Source: Chrysomallon squamiferum
Lineage: Eukaryota > Animalia > Mollusca
Assembly: GCA_012295275.1 (NCBI GenBank)
Contig: CM022673.1
Coordinates: 11,222,001-11,286,000, forward strand
Reading direction: 5' to 3'
DNA: 64,000 nt
Under the pieces are notes generated by a model that was given only the letters and a program-made list of their open reading frames with translations, did no database searches and was not told where the DNA came from. The translations under genes and the position numbers were made by a program. Shown here piece after piece: positions 55,245 to 64,000 of the stretch (position 1 is its first letter; each line of letters starts with the position of its first letter).

Positions 55245-57796
55245 GTTACTGTGATTATTATTATAATTATAATTATTATTATTATTGTCATTATTATTCT
55301 GATTATTCTGATTATTATTGTTATTGTTTTGTTTTGTTATTGTTATTGTTATTATTATTATTATTATTCCAGGTTGAGGTGTATCAGACCTGTGTTGAAC
55401 CATTAGTTAGAAGTATTTTTGAAGGATACAATGCTACAGTATTTGCCTATGGACAAACAGTAAGTTTGACAACAGTATTTAATAGAAGGTTACTAGAAAC
55501 AATTCCATCATTATTTCTTAAAATCCTGTCAATGTAATGTATTGTTTTATTTAAAGATTGATGTTATGAAGCTGTGTAAATTGATGGCGAGATTCTAAAT
55601 TTATTTGCTGCAAAAAACAAATCCTTAACACCATCAACATTGTCATCATCATCATCATCATCATCATTATTATTATTAGTAATAGTAGTATTGCTATTAT
55701 TATTATTTTTATTTTTATATATTTATTTTTTTAATTTTAAATTAATTTTATTTTTGTTTGTTTAAAAAAAAAAAATTTAAATGATTAAGCAAATTATACA
55801 TTTTTTAAATTTTATTTTATACTTTTTTTCATTTATGAACCATTCAAAAAAAGGTATAGTAATGCAAACAAATAGTGTCTTGCTTGTTTACATTCAGTAC
55901 TCCACTGGTTAAAATATTTTATTTCTAGGGTTCTGGAAAAACATTCACCATAGGAGGTTGCAATCTGTCTACAGTTCCTGAAGATGAAATTGGAATTATT
56001 CCCAGAGCTTTATCTCAGATGTTCAGCATTATGAAGGTTTGTGAAATATTTAACATAAACATAAACTGTTTTTTGTTAACTTAGAAAAAACACTTCTTTT
56101 AAGTTCACAAATAAATATTATAATGTCTGATTTGTATCCACAATGTTGATCTGTGTTTTGTTCTTAAGATTTATGATTACTGAAGAAAAGAAACAATGAA
56201 CAAAACAAAAGATCACTGTGCAATTTACATCAAAATATATTTCATTAATTCAGAAATTAAATTTAAGTATGAATTTGAATGAAGCAAAATAATCACGATA
56301 TATACATTAAAACTAATGGAGTTAATTATGTTTAATATTAGAAATATTTTATAGGACATACAGACACTACTGGAATAAACAAAATTTATCTGATACATAG
56401 ACGACCATAATATCTTAGGCTGTGTAGATATTTAATTTAATATATATCATATGTTAATGTCATAGTTTAGCTGTCATTTATCTTTCCATTTATTAAAGGT
56501 TTATCTCAAATACAAAATAAAAAACCCCACATGGAAGTATGTGAGAAGGATATAGGATGTTAGTTGACAGTGTCATAGTTCCACATTAATGAATTATCAT
56601 ATATTATCATTATGGTATTCTGATGGTTTTTGTTTTTGTTTCAGGCCAACGACCATGTTGAGTACAAAGTGAAAGTGTCATACATTGAGATATACAAAGA
56701 AGAACTGAGAGATCTGTTGGACTTGCAAACATCTAACAAAGACCTTCATGTCCGAGAGGATGACCAAGGAAATACAGGTACATTTTCTTTCACGGGAAAA
56801 TAATAAATTATTTAAAAACTTAAAAAACCCCAAAGACTTAGAACTAATTTAAATTTTTTTTTTTTTTGACAAGTTTGTTTCTGTAATGGCTGTAATGTAT
56901 TAACATTTTTTTTAATGTATTAACATTATTTTTTAATGTATTTATAATTTTTTAAAATATTATAATTTTATTTTATTATGCATTAACATTATAAAGTTAC
57001 TTTATGTATTAAAACTGTAATATTATTTATTAAGCATTATTATATTATTTATTATATATTAACATTTTTTGGTTTAGAATAACACATTTTATAAGCACGT
57101 GTTTGTTGTGTTTTCAGTCATAGTTGGAGCTAGAGAGATAGACACTGAAAATCTCGATGAAGTAATGTCTCTCTTACAGTCAGGCTCCACAGCTCGTCAC
57201 ACTGGCTCCACACAGATGAATGAACATTCCAGTCGCTCACATTCCGTTTTCACTGTCGTTATTGGTTTGTACTGATATTTTTATTTTAGTTTACACCTCA
57301 TATAAATATGTGAATTACACTTTTATTGTTGTGACCGTTTCATATCGATAAAGTTACATGGAGTAAATATGTTAATTACAATTACATTTCATGTTCACTA
57401 TTCTTACCTGTATAATTATGTGAATTATAAATAACATTTATATAGCTGTGATTAATTTATATTGATTATTGTTGCATAGCTTGAATAAGTCAAATGTTAT
57501 TTATCATTTCTACAGTTGTTATTGATTTGTATTGATTATTCTTTTATTAAATATATTACACTGAGAATACACTAGGCAAAATAGTAAAATGAGTTACAGT
57601 TGGTGTAGAACATGACAGTGTTATTGTTTATCACTTTGTTGAATGTTATTTTCAGTGTTTAATATTATTATTAATCTTTGTCTTGCAGATCAGAAATGGG
57701 CTGAAAGTGATGACAGAAAATCTCAGCAAGATACTGACAGAACTGATTTCATGGAAGAAGGTACAGCTTAAATAGATTAACAATATTCCAAGATGT

Positions 57797-57838
<42 letters not shown>

Positions 57839-58174
57839 TTTTTTTTTTTTTTGTTATTGCTCTTTTTTATATTGCTTGTGGTAAATATAATTTAATGATT
57901 AGGAATTATAACATGGAACAGGAAGGAACTTTAGTATTATTTTAGATTTTTTTACTTGATTTAATTTTTAATTTGATTTATTTTATTTAATTTGATTATT
58001 ATTTTTTGAAAATGAATTTGATGTTGTTTAAACCTGTTTTATTCTGCAGCAGCTATTACCCACACAATGTCAGGAAAATTCCACTTTGTAGATCTGGCGG
58101 GTTCAGAAAGAGCTCACAGGACTGGCAATGTTGGCGACAGGTTCAAAGGTTAGTGTCTATTTTACTTTAGTTAA

Positions 58175-58216
<42 letters not shown>

Positions 58217-61200
58217 CATATGTTATATACACTTACATACATACACATACAGACACACATCTTTGTGTGAGTGAATGCATGTGTTTGTATGAAATTATGC
58301 TATTCACTCTAACTGGAAATTTTTTTTTTTTTTAAAATAACATTTATTTACCAAAGAAAAGTGGTTTATTCCATTCATTCATTGCATTGAAATAAAAATA
58401 AAATAGTAAAATTAACAAAAGGAATTGTAAAATGCTATTTTACTTATGCATTTATGTATAATTAACATTTTTTTTTAAACTTTTTTTTTTACATTTCAGA
58501 ATCAATTCATATCAACACTGGTTTGCTGTCATTGGGTAATGTCATTAGTGCACTGGGTGATCCCAAGAAGAAATGTTCACACATTCCATACAGAGACTCC
58601 AAGATTACACGATTATTAAAAGTAAGATTCTTAAAATCTGTTAGTATTTGATGCATGCATATGAAGGCATACAGGCACACACACACTACTTACACTACTT
58701 ACATACACAAATAATATAAGCATTACAAACATACATTTTTATTTACAAGGAATGCAAACAAGAAAACTATCTATATGTCTATTACCTACCAAACTGAAAT
58801 GCATGTGTATCTGAGTGGAGTGGTAGACACACGTATATTTGCTTTAAGTAAATTACAAAATATTTTTGTTCTGGACATAATTTGACTTTTTATTTATTTA
58901 CTTTTTTTCATAACATGCTTTGATAATAAATGTCACTAACACACAGACAGCTGTGAAATACACTGATATCATTGCTAAAAAAAAAGGTTTTATTCTTTTA
59001 TTTTTAAATATATATTTTTCTGATTTATCTGACTGTTACTTTGTAATGTTTTTTCTCCACACTTTATCGAGACGTTTAATAATACATTTGTAATGTTTCA
59101 GGATTCTTTAGGAGGCAATGCTAAAACTCTGATGGTTTGTTGTATTAGTCCAGCTACTGTTAACTTTGACGAAACTTTGAATGCTTTGAAATATGCCAAC
59201 AGAGTAAGTAATATTAATTTCGTCGATTTTTTTCTGATAATCAGCAGATCTTTTATTCTAGTAATACAGTTTATTTTTGATATCAGAATCTGTTGTGATG
59301 CTAACATTAGACTAAATGTATTTAATAGAGATCCCAAACTTTGCTAAAAATAAAGTATGACAATAGCATGAAGGGAGTGATTGTTTCCTTTTCTGTTTGT
59401 TTAGCATGGAAGGGTAAAATTTGTTTAACAAATTGACTAATAAACCTTGATGATTTATGTAGTTAACATATGCATTTGACTTATTTTCAAATTAATTTTG
59501 ATTATGTTTTATTAATTATAGGCAAGGAACATCAAGAATAAACCGATAGTAAACCGTGATATTCAGTCCATTAGGTTTGAAGAAATGCAGACTGAAATTA
59601 AGGTAAGTTTGTAAATGACATTATTGCTTATTCCTTTTCCTTTTCCTTTTATTTATTTATTATTTTTCTAAAAAAAAATATATATATATATTATTTATTT
59701 AATTTTTTTTTTTTTTAATTTTTAATTGTTAATTTTTTGGTATATTAAAAATAACTGAAAGACAGTTTTGTGGCTGAATTTATTTATTTATTTGTTTATC
59801 AGTTTTTAAAACAATTATAATATTTTATAAATATATATCTAAAAAAAAAAGTTTAAATCTAATATTTGATAAAATGAAAAATTATAGTGTATTTCTTTGA
59901 AAAACTAATTTAATTATTTAAAAAACTTAATAGGCGTTACGTGAAGAGCTTGCCCGACAGAGAACATCAGTACTCAGTGTGAATGGTGGAGAGATAAATT
60001 TTGAGAAAGCTCAACAGGATGCCGACTGTATACGAGAACTTGAAGATCAAGTTGTCAAGTGAGCTGATATTATTTTGCTATTTTATTAATGCAAAAAATA
60101 AAGATAATAAATATTTTCATTATAATTATTATTATTTTATTTTACTTTTATTTTTATATATTTATTTTTTATTTTTTTTTAAATATTTTAAATTTTATTT
60201 TTATTTATATTTTTTATTTTTTTAAAAATGTTTATTCTTATTTATATTATTTATAATATTTATTTTAAATATTATTTTTAATTAATTGAGCTGCAAAAAC
60301 AGTAATGCATTACAAGCTATTTTTTAAATTGCGAAGAAGTAATAGTCTTCAAAGCAGTCTTCCTTGGTTTCAGTTATTTCCCATTCCAACCAATTCATTA
60401 AATATTCTTCTTTTTAAATCTTCTAATATTTCAAATCTTTAGCTCACAGTCAATAAGAATACATTTATTTGTTTATTAATTTTTATTTTTTAACACATAG
60501 TCTTTTGTTCAAATTCATATGAGAAGATCACAGAAATATTTCTCCTTATTGTATCTTTTGTTAATTTTCCATTGCAACTTTAGACCCCAGCTGGTGTAAA
60601 AATTCTTTAGACTTTATTTACTAATGTGGATGTAAAAATAAACCACACCTCTAAGCTCATTAAGTGACAAACAGCAGAATTTTTGTTCACTCTTGAAAAA
60701 ACAAGAAAAAAAAAGAAAAGTTATATATTAGACAGACAATAAATTATATTATAAAGCGTTGTTAAACAAATGTTTACATTATTTCAGGTTGCAGACAGAA
60801 TGTTCTCATTATCGGATGGTTTCAGAAGAAGCATACAAACAGTTGTTAGAGATTCAGGATAGAAATATACTGTCTAAAAGTCTCGATATTAAACTGAAAG
60901 ACTGGCTTGATCTCATGGAAGAGGTAGGTGGCTGTTGTTACATTTCTTATTAATATCTCAATACTTTTATTTATATTGTTAATTTTAGATAAATCTCTCT
61001 CTCTCTCTCTAGATTATAAAGTTATTTTATTTTTATAACAAATGGGTGGCAAACATTTATTATCTATGACGTTTAGAAATATTTCCTTTCAGACACATTT
61101 ACTGAACATTTTTATTTCAAACATCACACTTACACATCACAAATATACACTTCAGTAAAAATTAATTGATTTAATATTTATAAAAAATATCAGGATGGTA

Positions 61201-61971
61201 TTATACAAATCACCAAAAACTATATATGAAGATTTCTTCTCTATAATTTAAATTTCTTATTGCAGTTAAAGAACAAAGTGCCACCATCTCTGACTAGGGA
61301 GAGTATGGATAACCAGACAATTTGTAACCTGACATCAGAACTTAAAAAGGTGAGACTTGTTTTAAAAGAACAGACATTGTTCAGGCTATCCATAAAATAC
61401 ACAGAGTCCTCGAGTTTCCTTCATGAATAGCTGTAGCATGTGATCATTACTCCTTCTCTCGGTCGTTTTTACCCTTTCTCTCTCTGTCTTTAAAGGAAGC
61501 TATAATCCATTAGTTACACATTTTAAAATGCTATTTTAAGTATTTAACAATCTTTATGCTTCAGTGTAAGGAAGACTTGAAAAGTGATGAAGAAATCTTT
61601 GCAGAAAAGTCAAGAGAAACAAACCATTTACTGGACAGAATACAAGAACTGGTAAGTATGTATTTATTCACTGGAGTAACTGGTTGGAACAGGCTAAACA
61701 AAATGGTGCATTTTCCAGACATAAACTTCACTTTTTTTTTTTTTTTTAACATCAACTTTAGAAAACTACCTCTTTTTCTTTATACCCTTTTTTGTTTTGT
61801 TAATCCATATCTTTATTCATCCTTTAATTTATTCATTATCTTATCATGCAGGAACATGAAGTTGAGGTTAGTCATAAACTTCTGAAAACAGCAGAAGACC
61901 AGCACAGACTGCAAGAACAAAGACTTCTAGAACAGCAGCTACAGATTCAGGAACTGCAGCGCACCATTAGA
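53852..61971 (+). CDS. KIF27: Kinesin-4 family KIF27/KIF7-like protein, 5' part (continues beyond the identified exons)
   Basis: Exons (approximate): 53852-53884, 54484-54621, 55373-55459, 55929-56036, 56645-56777, 57118-57264, 57689-57760, ~58050-58149, 58500-58621, 59102-59204, 59522-59602, 59934-60058, 60788-60923, 61266-61349, 61565-61651, 61852-61971, possibly 63419-63478. Motifs [82 protein letters not shown]. Confidence 0.9.
54643..55187. repeat. Long intronic inverted repeat (arms 54643-54786 and 55064-55187)
   Basis: taataacac..ctgagcatttatgttattattaaacagaa...gctgcaaagtt versus its reverse complement aactttgcagc...ttctgtttaataataacataaatgctcagt.gtgttatta. Confidence 0.9.
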
Positions 61972-62130
61972 GTAAGTTTCTTAATCTTGAATGATATTTT
62001 AATATAATATTAGGTTTTCTTGTATAGTAGAATGTTAGAGTAGGTTTCCTGATCTTGAATGATATAATAATAGGTTTTCATGCTTATTAGAATAGGTTAC
62101 TTAACCTTGAATAATATTTCAGTATAATAA
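61966..62130. repeat. Degenerate tandem repeat reiterating an exon end and donor site
   Basis: ttagagtaagtttcttaatcttgaatgatat / ttagagtaggtttcctgatcttgaatgatat / ttagaataggttacttaaccttgaataatat. Confidence 0.8.
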
Positions 62131-64000
62131 TAAAGTAGTTTTCTATGTATTATATATTACAATACAATATTAACAATAAGTTTCTGCTTGTACTCGCCAT
62201 GATTTTCTGAATGCTGGGGTAGCCCGTTGTAGATCAATAATTGCCAACATCAACACTGGAAGTCACATCACTAATGTGCAGCAATTTTAAAAGTAAGACA
62301 GATCACCGTCATTCAGCACTGAAGGTGTTAATATATGTTTTGTTATATATAAAAAGACTTGGGTAGTTTCAATTGTTTATATTTTACTTTCAATTGTTTA
62401 TATTTTACTGACATTAGAGTAGGTTTCCTTGTAATATAACAATCATAGAGCAGGTTCCTTTGGATATTATGGAAAACATTTAAAAAAAAATTATTTTTGT
62501 TTTTATTTTTATTATTGTTTTTAATATACAATATATAATTAGATATGATTTCAAAATATATTATTATGGTAATTTTGTTTTCTTGATAAACAAAGCACCA
62601 CAGAGCAGTTTTTATTAGCCTGTGATATTTAGTTACAATATATATATATATATATTATTAAAATACCTTGGACCTGTTAAAATTTAAGCAGTTTAAAATA
62701 CTGACCACACAGGTGTAGGTAAATAGCAATTATCCATTATACTGTTTTCTGTTGATGGTGAATTTTTAAAATAAGGATATCTTTCTTTTGAGTTATTTTA
62801 TTTGTAAACTTTGTAAATTTTCCAGTATTAGTTTATAATAAGGTTTAAAACGTAGATAAAATCCTGAAGGTTTTGTTTCTAGCTATATTCGTCCTTTAGG
62901 CAGTTTTGTGCAAACTGAACTAAGAAATGACAGTATATTATTTGAGGTATGACTTTGTTTTTGTTAAGGATACAGTTCTTATTTTTATTTTATTATTAAT
63001 TATTTTTATATATTTATTTATTTTAAATATGGAAGATTGTTATTTGATTTTTTACAGTTTTTGTTTTTTAAACTTATTTTTAAAAATACTTTTGTTTTTT
63101 AAAATTTAATTTTTTATAACTTTATTGGATTATTTCTTTTGAGTGTTTTTGTGTTTAATTGTATGTGTGTGTGTGTGTGTATGTGTGTGTGTGTGCAAAA
63201 TATGTTTACCCACATAATCCAATAACTCACATTAAATATTCATCTAACTTTTTTCTGTGAAGTTTCTGCCCAACCTCCAGCTCTTTGCTTTTATAGTAAT
63301 TTTTATTATTGTTTTTTTTTTGTTCTTATTACCAATCCAGTTTCCTTGCATGCTTTGTTCAAGTAGCATTTGTTATCTAATCCTATTTGTATTTTTCCAT
63401 CCATCATTTCATTTTCAGCCTAAAATAGTTGTTACTAATTCTCAAGTTCAACCTGAAGAGACTAACATTTTGCGCGTGGTAACCAATATTTGTCTATCAC
63501 TGCACATTGCTTTATGTGTTCATTATAAACCACTATACCACAGGATTATTTAAAAGACATTTTCAGCTTATTTTTTTAAAATTTGGTTTGTTTGGTTTTC
63601 AACTCAGCATTGGTAGTTATCAAATTAAAATCAAACAATTACCAGAAGAAAGATAGTTCAGATAATTAATACCGATACTGAGAATGTCATACAGCAAGTA
63701 CTAATGGATTTACTCCAAAATCACTGACTGTCAGTATCAGTGATACATCTAGGTTATGTTTTAAAACAAACAGAAACTCATGTCATTAACTGATGTAACT
63801 TCATTAGTTATTAGCATGTCTTTTTCTTCCTTTTTTTTTTTCTTTCCTTGATATTTATTAATGCTGTTATATTTTTGATATAATTTATAGTCAGTTTGTA
63901 AGAAATTATGATTATAGTATATCCATACAGTGAAGATTTCTTATTAGTAAGAATCTAGTTAAAACAAATAAAGATGTAAAATTTAAAATGTAGACATTCA

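Noticed and set aside
63600-63755. Possible further KIF27 exon
   Set aside because: I could not find an AG..GT segment with an open, phase-compatible frame

Overview
AT-rich, intron-rich animal genomic DNA, probably a mollusc or other lophotrochozoan (inference from ATP synthase beta sequence style and SINE remnants). All gene models were assembled by eye from GT-AG exon chains with phase checking. Left to right: a NIK/Tpl2-like non-RD Ser/Thr kinase (-), EXOG (+), an orphan inverted MFSD4-like exon, ATP5F1B (+), two MFSD4/NaGLT1-like sugar transporter genes (-) from a ~5.7-6 kb tandem duplication, a secreted DUF5054/GH38-like glycosidase (+) head-to-head with the transporter, SAP30BP (-) and the 5' part of a KIF27-like kinesin (+). 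The main points of interest are five. (1) The transporter and the glycosidase appear to share a very compact divergent promoter. (2) The duplication left a glycosidase 5' fragment with two inactivating changes and one transporter copy missing a conserved acidic residue. (3) The full-length glycosidase has a single +1 frameshift. (4) A complete but atypical tRNA cloverleaf lies downstream of the kinase. (5) A MER2/Tigger-like MITE sits in an EXOG intron. No prokaryote-type system (CRISPR etc.) is visible.
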